DNA of 32,000 nucleotides, taken from Schaalia odontolytica. GTDB lineage: Bacteria; Actinomycetota; Actinomycetes; Actinomycetales; Actinomycetaceae. A program made the position numbers and the translations under genes. Every line of letters starts with the position of its first letter. Within the stretch, counting starts at the first letter, position 1. Below the pieces are notes generated by a model. That model had not been told where the DNA came from. It saw only the letters and a list, made by a program, of their open reading frames with translations, and did no database searches. The stretch covers positions 1,350,001 through 1,382,000 of the forward strand of contig NZ_CP040006.1 of assembly GCF_005696695.1 (NCBI RefSeq), written 5' to 3'. Of the stretch, positions 1 to 7,236 are shown piece after piece.

Positions 1-1
1 G

Positions 2-940
2 GCCTCGAACGCATCCCCCGAGACAGCACTGCTGTTTTGCGATCCCGAGCGCCGCGAGTTCAACATGCTCATCCAGTTCGAGCATGTCAACCTCGGCCTC
101 GAGAACGGCAAGTTTTCGCCCCGCCAGCTGGCGCCCGGGGAGCTGGCGGATGTTCTCACTCGCTGGCAGGACACGCTCGGGACGCGCGGATGGAACGCGC
201 TGTACCTGGAGAACCACGACCAGCCGCGCTCGGTGTCCCGTTTCGGGGATCCATCGCTCTACTGGTACGAATCGGCAACCGCACTGGCGACCGCCTATTT
301 CCTCCAGCGCGGAACCCCCTTCATCTATCAGGGCCAAGAGATCGGCATGCTCGGCGGTGATTTCACGACCGCAGCCGATTTCCGTGACGTCGAATCCGTG
401 TCGTACATGGAGTGTCTGGGGATCGATAAGGTCCCCGAGGGACTCGCCGCGATGTCGCGAGACAACGGCCGGACCCCGATGCAGTGGGACTCCTCCCCCG
501 CTGCCGGCTTCACCTCGAGCGAGCCATGGATCGATGTTCCGCCGTCCGCCGCTGCCATCAACGTTGCGGCACAGATCGAGGATGCAGGATCGGTCCTGTC
601 GTATTACAAGGCACTTATCGAAGCTCGTCACCGCGTTCCCGCGCTGACGCAGGGCTCATTTGAGCGTATCGACGTGAGTTCACCGGCGCTCTTCGTCTAT
701 CGTCGGCAGATGGCGGGCAGCGAGGTTCTCGTGATGGTCAATCTGTCCGGGCAACGCCACGCTCCCCTGTTCTCCCGACAGGACGAGGCCGTGGCTTCGT
801 TGCCGTGGCGCCTCTACTTGGGCAACACGGAAGCATCACAGACGACGACCGATGAGACCGGCAATCACCCGGGCAGCGAACCCACTGTTGCCACACCATT
901 GAAGCCGTGGGAGGCTCGCGTGTATCTCCTCGCCGGATAG
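2..940 (+). CDS. GH13 alpha-glucosidase / oligo-1,6-glucosidase-like protein, C-terminal part (5' end lies left of the window)
   Basis: The frame is open from nt 2 (ASNASPETALLFCDPERREFNMLIQFEH...). LENHDQPRSVSRFG and TPFIYQGQEIGM are typical GH13 alpha-glucosidase conserved regions. Stop at 938-940. Confidence 0.85.
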   Translation, partial: ASNASPETALLFCDPERREFNMLIQFEHVNLGLENGKFSPRQLAPGELADVLTRWQDTLGTRGWNALYLENHDQPRSVSRFGDPSLYWYESATALATAYFLQRGTPFIYQGQEIGMLGGDFTTAADFRDVESVSYMECLGIDKVPEGLAAMSRDNGRTPMQWDSSPAAGFTSSEPWIDVPPSAAAINVAAQIEDAGSVLSYYKALIEARHRVPALTQGSFERIDVSSPALFVYRRQMAGSEVLVMVNLSGQRHAPLFSRQDEAVASLPWRLYLGNTEASQTTTDETGNHPGSEPTVATPLKPWEARVYLLAG

Positions 941-1089
941 AGCCACGAGGAGCAACCCAAGGCAACGTCGGGTTCAATGCAGGCTGCCGCTGCGCCCTGT
1001 GAGCAGCACCCGACCATAGGCGAATGACCGTCGTTCTTTTTGCACGATTAGTGGTTTCCGGTCTCAGTACAACTGCTTCACGCACGTAG

Positions 1090-1130
1090 AACACGCGGGT
1101 GGGAAGACCAAGTCTTCCCACCCGCGTGTT
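1090..1130. terminator. Hairpin between convergent genes, a putative bidirectional intrinsic terminator
   Basis: Perfect 19-bp arms AACACGCGGGTGGGAAGAC (1090-1108) and GTCTTCCCACCCGCGTGTT (1112-1130) with a 3-nt loop. It lies between the glucosidase stop (940) and the adhesin stop (1190). There is no clear U-tail on either strand. Confidence 0.5.
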
Positions 1131-1189
1131 CCGCATGATTCGTGCATTCGCGTCATCGCTTCGGAGCCGCGAGAGTAACCTTCATCGGG

Positions 1190-3112
1190 TCAGCGCTGAC
1201 GACGCTTGACTGCGACGAGCGATCCACCCGCAAGGGCCACGATTCCGGCCAGGACGCCGATGTTCGCAGCATCAGCACCGGTCTTCGCCAGGCGCGGAGC
1301 CGGAGGCGTCGAAGGCGTCGGGGTCGGCTCCGGCGTCGGGGACTCCGAAGGCGTGGGGGTGGGCTTCGGAGACTCCGAGGGGGTCGGAGTGGGCTCCGGG
1401 GTCGGCGTCGGAGTGGGCTCCGGGGTCGGAGTGGGCTCCGGGGTCGGCGTCGGGGTCGGCGTCGGCGTGGGCTCCGGGGTCGGCGTCGGGGTCGGCGTCG
1501 GAGTGGGCTCCGGGGTCGGCGTCGGGGTCGGCGTCGGAGTGGGTTCCGGGGTCGGCGTCGGGGTCGGCGTCGGCGTGGGCTCCGGGGTCGGCGTCGGGGT
1601 CGGCGTCGGAGTGGGTTCCGGGGTCGGCGTCGGGGTCGGCGTCGGAGTGGGCTTAGGCGTAGGGACCAGCTTGTTGTTCAGGTTCAGCGCAAAGAGCTGA
1701 TCCTCGCTGAGCTTGAAGGTCGCCTCGCGGTTGTTGGCCTTGAGGGTGACGCCCTGCGCGGTATCGAACACGCGGCTCTCGGCCTCGTTCCAGGTCACGC
1801 CATCGGCTGCAGGGAGGTCACCCTCGGAGACGGTCACCTCGGTGCCCAGCGGGAGGGTACCCGGGTAGCTGTAGCGCTTACCGGCCTTGACGGTCGCCTG
1901 GTAGGTCTTGTTGACCGACGGATCGGCGTCGTTCTTCAGCGTGATGTTGAGGGTGTACTCGAGGTCCTTCGCGTTGTCGGGGAGCTCGCCGTCGACCTTC
2001 TTGGTCACCGAGAACGTCTGGTGCGCAAAGGCATCCGCAGACGCACCAAAACGCACCACCTTCGTGACGGGCGAAACGTTCTTGCCGGGCACGTTGAACT
2101 TCGCGGTGTTGGAGAACTTACCAACGACGTCAGCGGCGCGCTTGGCCCCCTCGACGCGAGTCGGAATCTCGACGATCGCCGACTGGTTCGCGGGGATCTC
2201 AGGGAAGGTCACGGTCAGCTTCTGGGGCGTGCACTCGACCGTTGAACCAGCACCGAAGGCACCATTCGAGGTGTCCTTGCTCTGGCGCTTACCCTCGGGC
2301 GTGGTCGGATCGACGACGACGAAGGTGTGCTTCTTGACGTAGTCGTTCACCGTGTCGCAGTCGTAGCTCCAGTTTTCACCGGCGGGAACCTCGTCGACGA
2401 TCGACGCGCCTTTCACGGCCGTATCACCGGCGGGCAGGATCACTCGCCACATGATGGCCTTGTTCTCATCGCCATCCTCGCTGTCGTTCAGGCCAATCCA
2501 GCCCTCCTTGACAGTGCGAGCTTCACCGGTGGGGCGCACGACCATATTGACCTTGCGCGAAACCACCTTGTTGCCCACCTTCACCACGAAGTTCTCGTTG
2601 GCGGGGCCGGTGTACTGAATCGCGGCGCTCGTCGTCACGGAGCCCGCCCACTCGGCGGCCGAGTCGGCGTTCTCGTTGAAGACGACGGTGACGATACCGT
2701 CGGTCCCCCAGGTGCCGCAGCCGATGACAACGCCGGTTGCGGAACGGACGTCAAAGGTACGCTCGGCTGTGGGGCGCAGGATCACCTGACCCGTGTTTGC
2801 CTCGGCCACGGTCGCGTCGTAGGTGAAGAAGTCGCCGGCCTTCACAGCACCGTTCGTCTTCCACGGCAGTTTGACGCCGACGTCCCACAGGTTCGCGATT
2901 GTCTTCGCTTCTGCACCCTGGGGATTGACCAGCTGAAGGTTATCCCAGTCGAGGTCAACCTTGTTGTTGACGTTCGTCGTGGGGGCGGGGCACGCAAGCG
3001 CCGTGGCCGACGCCGTGCGGGTCGTCAACAGCTGCAAAGCACCAAAGAAGCTCAATACCAGAGCGAAAGCTACAAGAAGGGCGCTAAGCCGACTGCTCTT
3101 CAACGCAACCAT
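1190..3112 (-). CDS. Cell-wall-anchored surface adhesin (Cna/MSCRAMM-like A region, CnaB/DUF5979-like domain, long Pro-Thr stalk, LAKTG sorting signal), 640 aa
   Basis: I chose the start at ATG 3112 ([24 protein letters not shown]...), which gives a signal peptide and has AGGAG 7 nt upstream. The ORF-track start at 3199 adds 29 non-signal residues. The C-terminus is LAKTG, then a hydrophobic stretch, then KRRQR. The A region shows MSCRAMM-like blocks ([29 protein letters not shown]). Confidence 0.9.
   Translation of the reverse strand: MVALKSSRLSALLVAFALVLSFFGALQLLTTRTASATALACPAPTTNVNNKVDLDWDNLQLVNPQGAEAKTIANLWDVGVKLPWKTNGAVKAGDFFTYDATVAEANTGQVILRPTAERTFDVRSATGVVIGCGTWGTDGIVTVVFNENADSAAEWAGSVTTSAAIQYTGPANENFVVKVGNKVVSRKVNMVVRPTGEARTVKEGWIGLNDSEDGDENKAIMWRVILPAGDTAVKGASIVDEVPAGENWSYDCDTVNDYVKKHTFVVVDPTTPEGKRQSKDTSNGAFGAGSTVECTPQKLTVTFPEIPANQSAIVEIPTRVEGAKRAADVVGKFSNTAKFNVPGKNVSPVTKVVRFGASADAFAHQTFSVTKKVDGELPDNAKDLEYTLNITLKNDADPSVNKTYQATVKAGKRYSYPGTLPLGTEVTVSEGDLPAADGVTWNEAESRVFDTAQGVTLKANNREATFKLSEDQLFALNLNNKLVPTPKPTPTPTPTPTPEPTPTPTPTPTPEPTPTPTPTPTPEPTPTPTPTPTPEPTPTPTPTPTPEPTPTPTPTPTPEPTPTPEPTPTPTPEPTPTPSESPKPTPTPSESPTPEPTPTPSTPPAPRLAKTGADAANIGVLAGIVALAGGSLVAVKRRQR
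1292..1666 (-). repeat. Coding tandem repeat: Pro-Thr(-Glu) stalk, core of six 36-bp units (1441-1656) plus shorter 18/24-bp variants
   Basis: The plus strand reads gggtcggcgtcggggtcggcgtcgg(a/c)gtggg(c/t)tccg six times head to tail, which translates on the minus strand to (E/K)[11 protein letters not shown] x6. Flanking units encode [14 protein letters not shown] and [10 protein letters not shown]. Confidence 0.95.
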
Positions 3113-3208
3113 AAAAAACTCCTGTCGATGGACATGAGACGGTATCGCCTCAAGCACATAATTATAGAGTAACGGAGTAAAATTGCTAGCAGCCGCCACG
3201 TTAGCGAA

Positions 3209-3237
3209 AAACTATTTGAATTAAAATTCCCTGTCAA
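3209..3237 (-). promoter_or_regulatory. Candidate sigma-70-type promoter for adhesin 1
   Basis: The minus strand reads TTGACA (3237-3232), a 17-nt spacer, then TAGTTT (3214-3209), inside a visibly AT-rich stretch about 95 nt upstream of the ATG. A second -10-like TATAAT lies at 3166-3161. This is sequence-only evidence. Confidence 0.35.
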
Positions 3238-3659
3238 ACGCGTTTAAGCAGCACATACACAGCCTAGAAAACACATCTGTAATTGAACCCAATTAATTTC
3301 TGCACAGCAGGTAAAACGTATTTGACCAGCAAAAACGCGGATTTCAAGAAATAATGTCGTTGATCACATTTCTGTGCATTATCACCCTTTTCCGCCTCGC
3401 GCGACCGTCAGCTACATGTCCTCATTCGACACGAAGCCCTCCATCACAGCGCAGCGACAAACGCCTCCGATGAGCCACAATAGGCCACAACAGCAACCGC
3501 TCACGCTTCGCAACGGCGACCTAGCCCACCCCGTCCCTGAGCGCCAACGACAGCAGGATTCTCGCCCGCTCATCTTTTGACAGGACTTTTGTCCGTACTG
3601 GTCCCAACATCCCCCCTCCACACAACCAAACCACTGCCCTGGAAGCACCTACAAAGAAG

Positions 3660-3690
3660 TGGGCGGGATGAGCAATGCTCATCCCGCCCA
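3660..3690 (-). terminator. Intrinsic terminator downstream of adhesin 2
   Basis: 14-bp arms TGGGCGGGATGAGC and GCTCATCCCGCCCA with an AAT loop, 43 nt after the stop at 3733. A U-rich tail (ACUUCUUUGU) follows on the minus strand. Confidence 0.65.
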
Positions 3691-3732
3691 CTGCGCCCCT
3701 CAGGCACTCACGCACCTGCGGGCCACGTCGTC

Positions 3733-5361
3733 TCAGTGGCTACGACGCTTCGCGGCCACGAGAGACAGACCCGCGATCGCGACGATTCCAGCCAGGACGC
3801 CCAGGCCGGCCGCATCGGTACCGGTCTTCGCCAGCTGCGGAGCGGGCGAAGGAGTTGCCGAGGGCGTCGGAGCAGGGGTCGAAGGCGTGGCCGACGGGGT
3901 CGGGGTCGGGGCCAGAACGTTGGTCAAGGTCAGCGAGTAAACCCGATCATCGCGCAGCGTGAAGGTAGCCTCGCGGTTATCCGCGGAGAGGGTCACGCCA
4001 TCAGCGGACTCGAAGACGCGGCTCTCACCATCGTTCCAGGTGATACCCACACCAGCGGGCAGGTCGCCCTCCGACACCGTCACAACGGTGCCCAGGGGCA
4101 GAGACGTGGGGTAGGTGTAGGTCTCGCCAGCCTTGACGGAAGCCTCGAAGGTCTTGTTCACCGAGGGATCGGCGTCATTCTTCAGGGTGATCGTCAGCGG
4201 GTACTCGAGATCCTGAGCAGACTCAGGCAGATCCCCCTCGACCTTCTTGGTCACAGAGAAGGTCTGGTGGGCGTATGCGTCGGCAGCCGCGCCGTAGTGG
4301 ATGGTCTTCGTGATAGGCTCGGTCACCTTAACACCAGCAACGTTGAAGTTGACGGTGTTGGAGAAGACGCCCACGACATCGCCAGCTCGCTTCACGCCAT
4401 CAACATGGCCGGGCAGCAGGATGATGGCGGACTGGTTCGCGGGAATCTCGGCGAGCGTCACAGTCACCTTGGTAGAGGTGCACTCGACCTGCGCGGCAGC
4501 ACCAAAGGCCCCGTTCGAGGTGTCATTATCCTGGCGGAGCCCCTCGGAGGTGGTCGGGTCGGTCACCAGGTAGGTATGGTTCTTCGCGTAGTCGTTGACG
4601 ACGTCACAGTTGAAGCTCCAGTTGGAGCCCGCGGGCACCTCGTCGACGATCGATGCGCCGGTCACGGCCTTGTCGCCAGCGGGGAAAATGACGCGCCAGA
4701 TGATGGCCTTATTCTCGTCGCCATCCTTATCCTCTGCAAGGTTGAGCCAGCCATCCTTCTGGTAGCGAGGAACGCCGGGGGTGCGACGCAGCATGTCAAT
4801 CTCGCGCTGGACCTTCTTGCCGAGCTTGACCGTGTACTTCTCACCGCCGGGACCGGTGTACTGGGTCAGACCATTGGTGGACACGTGGCCGTACCACTGC
4901 GCGGCGGACTCGACCTTCTCGTTGAAGACGACGGTCACCATGCCGTCAGCACCCCAGGTGCCACAGCCGACGACGACGCCATTGTCGGAGATGACCTCGA
5001 ACTTACGAGTAACGTTCGGGCGCAGCATGCTCTCCCCCGTCGCGGCGTTGACGATCGAGGCGTCGTAGGTGAAGTAGTCGCCAGCCTTCACACGACCGTC
5101 GGTCTTCCACGGCAGCTTAATGCCGAGGTCCCACCAGTCACCCACGGCCTTTGTCTCACGACCTCTGTAGTCGACAAGCTGAGCATTGTCCCAATCCAAG
5201 GTGACCTTGTTGCTCACATTCGTGGTCGGCTCGGGGCAGCTCAGGGGGGCCGCAGACGCAGGAGCCTGAGCGCCGACAAACTGCGCCAGGCCAAAGAAAC
5301 TCAAAACCAATGCGAAAGTCGCAAGAAGAACACCGAAGTGACGGCGCTTCAGGGCAACCAT
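3733..5361 (-). CDS. Cell-wall-anchored surface adhesin, paralog of 1190-3112 (short Pro/Thr/Ser linker, LAKTG sorting signal), 542 aa
   Basis: Signal peptide [33 protein letters not shown], with AGGAG upstream of the ATG. It is collinear with adhesin 1 along the whole length and shares many identical blocks ([75 protein letters not shown]). It ends QLAKTG, then a TM segment, then KRRSH. Confidence 0.9.
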   Translation of the reverse strand: MVALKRRHFGVLLATFALVLSFFGLAQFVGAQAPASAAPLSCPEPTTNVSNKVTLDWDNAQLVDYRGRETKAVGDWWDLGIKLPWKTDGRVKAGDYFTYDASIVNAATGESMLRPNVTRKFEVISDNGVVVGCGTWGADGMVTVVFNEKVESAAQWYGHVSTNGLTQYTGPGGEKYTVKLGKKVQREIDMLRRTPGVPRYQKDGWLNLAEDKDGDENKAIIWRVIFPAGDKAVTGASIVDEVPAGSNWSFNCDVVNDYAKNHTYLVTDPTTSEGLRQDNDTSNGAFGAAAQVECTSTKVTVTLAEIPANQSAIILLPGHVDGVKRAGDVVGVFSNTVNFNVAGVKVTEPITKTIHYGAAADAYAHQTFSVTKKVEGDLPESAQDLEYPLTITLKNDADPSVNKTFEASVKAGETYTYPTSLPLGTVVTVSEGDLPAGVGITWNDGESRVFESADGVTLSADNREATFTLRDDRVYSLTLTNVLAPTPTPSATPSTPAPTPSATPSPAPQLAKTGTDAAGLGVLAGIVAIAGLSLVAAKRRSH

Positions 5362-5411
5362 AGAAAACTCCTGTCAACGGGATGTGCGACGACGTCGCCG
5401 CATACCCGCTC

Positions 5412-5442
5412 AGTCTATGCTAATCGCCTGCAATTTGGTCAA
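5412..5442 (-). promoter_or_regulatory. Candidate promoter for adhesin 2
   Basis: The minus strand reads TTGACC (5442-5437), a 19-nt spacer, then TAGACT (5417-5412), about 50 nt upstream of ATG 5361. The spacer is longer than ideal. Confidence 0.25.
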
Positions 5443-5781
5443 GAATCAGAGGGATTAGTTCCTCAGGCACCACAAATAACACGAGCGACAAGAGCAAACA
5501 TCGCCGATTTGTCGGACTAATTTATAAACTGACAAAATTTGTTGCCCGGGCGTGTCGCCCAATGGGCGAACAACCAACCCAGAATGCCGACAAACTCACC
5601 AGTCGTTCAGCAAATGGAAGGATGCTACAACGCCGCGCACTGATCGACCATCTCCCCAGCGCCACGCGACACAAAGGGGTTATAGGACACTACGTGTTGC
5701 CGCATGGCACTGGTTGTTGCTTGTGGACCCACGGATTTTCTGGGTGCCGGGCCCGGCGACGCCCTCTATGCCGATGGTGGT

Positions 5782-5857
5782 GGGGGTTTTGCACTACATG
5801 AAGCCCTTCTTCGGCGTATTGACGGCGTGTCGGAGCATCATGTAGTGCAATTCCCCC
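5782..5857. other. Long imperfect hairpin (inverted repeat) in non-coding DNA
   Basis: GGGGG-TT-TTGCACTACATGA (5782-5801) pairs with TCATGTAGTGCAA-TT-CCCCC (5838-5857). That gives 13 + 5 paired positions around a 2x2 internal loop, with a 36-nt apical loop. Confidence 0.6.
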
Positions 5858-5908
5858 CGTTTGGTGACGGTGAGATCACGGTTTGAGGTTGTGTGGTGCC
5901 CACAGTGC

Positions 5909-5960
5909 AGACCACCTCGGCAAAAACCGGTGAAAACAGCTGTTTCGGGCGAGGTGGTCT
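5909..5960. other. Hairpin with a nested palindrome and a T-run on the plus strand
   Basis: AGACCACCTCG (5909-5919) pairs with CGAGGTGGTCT (5950-5960), an 11-bp stem. The loop contains the 12-bp palindrome AAACAGCTGTTT. The hairpin is followed by ACGTTTTGGG. Confidence 0.55.
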
Positions 5961-5999
5961 ACGTTTTGGGCACAATGGTGCCTGTCGTGGAGTGTTGTT

Positions 6000-6157
6000 C
6001 GCACGTAAGCCCCTGAACATGCGCGTTAACCCCTTGATACGCACGTCAACCCCTCAACATGCGCCTGGGCGGCGTTGCCCGCGTGCGGGTCATCAGGCCC
6101 ACGTGCGAGTTGTAGGGCCCGCGTGCGGATCATCGGGCCCACGTGCGAGTGAGAGGG
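6000..6157. repeat. Two adjacent 40-bp tandem duplications forming a 20-bp-phased array of ACGTGCG-type heptamers
   Basis: 6001-6040 versus 6041-6080 share gcacgt-N-a-N-cccct-N-aacatgcgc. 6078-6117 versus 6118-6157 are near-identical (gcccgcgtgcgg[g/a]tcatc[a/g]ggcccacgtgcgagt...). Heptamers begin at 6000, 6017, 6040, 6057, 6081, 6101, 6121 and 6141. Confidence 0.85.
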
Positions 6158-6243
6158 GCCAGGTGTGAAATGGCGGGGCTGGACATAGCTTCAGGGCCCG
6201 CGGGCACTGCGGCCTGGCCCTGTTGGCCAGGTGGCCCGGTTGT

Positions 6244-6365
6244 CTGAAACCATCGTCGCCTTTGCTCGCGGGTGAGTGCGTGGGGGTGAAACCGCCATCG
6301 CCTTTGCGGGTGAGAAATAGGCGTTTTTACGGCGCTTTTCGGGTGCAGAGGCGATGGCGGTTTCA
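6244..6365. repeat. GAAACC-(N)-CCATCGCC motif family, including a perfect 17-bp inverted repeat
   Basis: TGAAACCGCCATCGCCT (6287-6303) and its exact reverse complement AGGCGATGGCGGTTTCA (6349-6365) are separated by 45 nt. A degenerate direct copy, CTGAAACCATCGTCGCCTTTGC, lies at 6244-6265, and a related ggtttcaatgtcgccatcg at about 6401-6419. Confidence 0.8.
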
Positions 6366-7021
6366 GTGGTTCCTTGTTGGGGGCGTGCAGTGGTGTTGTT
6401 GGTTTCAATGTCGCCATCGTGTCGCGCCTCGTGCGCGACATTCGTCGCCCTGCCCGGCCTGATGTGGGTGCGGGCGCGAAAAAGTTTGCCCTACGTGCTC
6501 ACAATGGTCAAAAATTCGCGTTTGATGGCGAGCTGGGCAAGTATTTTCGTGGAAACGCGGCTGGAGCGGCCGTGTTGGTCGAGTTTTTTCGCAGACCAGC
6601 AGTCGTGGGATACCGCCGGGCGAGTTTGTTGTGCTGAGGTCCTGCTAGATTGGCCCGCCTACTGGCAGTGTTAACCCTTCTATGCGCAGCTAAACCCCAT
6701 TGGTGGCATGGTGGGCAGCCCGCCCAGGCCACCACCTATCGGGTTAACGTGCGCATCAAAGGGGCCCACGTGCGCAGGATGCGTTCACAGAAACAGAAGA
6801 TGGACCTGAAGGGCTCGCAGGCCCCCCGACGATCCCCATGCCTCCCCGGCGACGACAGGGGCGAGACCCCGAAGGGTCCCGCCCCTCGTTGCGTACGGTG
6901 ACCGCACCATCGGCGCCGAAAAGTCACCCTTCCAGCAACACGTAGTGTCGTATGACCCACACAAACGCCGTCAACAGGAGACGAAGAAAAAACTCCCGCC
7001 GACATTCGACGAGAGTTCGAT

Positions 7022-7052
7022 AAACAAAAAAGCCGGACTAACCGATCCGACT
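7022..7052 (-). terminator. Intrinsic terminator ending the tRNA cluster
   Basis: The minus-strand RNA is AGUCGGA-UCGGUUAG-UCCGGCU (7-bp stem with one G-U pair) followed by UUUUUGUUU, immediately after tRNA-Val(CAC). Confidence 0.7.
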
Positions 7053-7055
7053 TAC

Positions 7056-7130
7056 TGGTGGGCGATACTGGGATCGAACCAGTGACCTCTTCCGTGTGAA
7101 GGAAGCGCGCTACCCCTGCGCCAATCGCCC
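7056..7130 (-). tRNA. tRNA-Val (anticodon CAC), CCA encoded
   Basis: The reverse complement GGGCGATTGGCGCAGGGGTAGCGCGCTTCCTTCACACGGAAGAGGTCACTGGTTCGATCCCAGTATCGCCCACCA folds as a cloverleaf. The anticodon loop is TTCACAC and a GGTTCGATCC T-arm is present. Confidence 0.93.
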
Positions 7131-7131
7131 G

Positions 7132-7202
7132 AGGTGGGTACGGGATTCGAACCCGTGTATACGGCTTTGCAGGCCGCTGCCTCGCCTCTCGGCCAACCCA
7201 CC
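7132..7202 (-). tRNA. tRNA-Cys (anticodon GCA)
   Basis: The reverse complement is GGTGGGTTGGCCGAGAGGCGAGGCAGCGGCCTGCAAAGCCGTATACACGGGTTCGAATCCCGTACCCACCT. The anticodon loop is CTGCAAA and the discriminator is U. No CCA is encoded. Confidence 0.92.
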
Positions 7203-7236
7203 ACACCCAATGGGATCGAGTGGATTCCCGATTGAG

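Noticed and set aside
1206-1700. ORF encoding (GVGVGS)n, a silk- or elastin-like repeat protein
   Set aside because: It is the antisense reading of the Pro-Thr repeat of the LAKTG adhesin. The adhesin frame has a signal peptide, an RBS and a sorting signal, and this ORF has none of these.
5555-5569. 15-bp palindrome TCGCCCA-A-TGGGCGA about 200 bp upstream of adhesin 2, as a possible operator
   Set aside because: It is a single short GC-rich palindrome with no second copy upstream of the paralog, so it is too weak to call a regulatory site.
6000-6160. Possible CRISPR array
   Set aside because: The repeats are contiguous 40-bp duplications (two copies each) with no unique spacers of about 30-40 bp between them. 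No cas genes or leader are nearby.
5450-7055. Integrated mobile element at the tRNA cluster
   Set aside because: I found no integrase, excisionase or transposase-like ORF. I could not find a direct repeat of any tRNA 3' end (for example gggcgatactgggatcgaacc) in the tract. It stays a hypothesis only, listed as a finding at the level of unexplained DNA.
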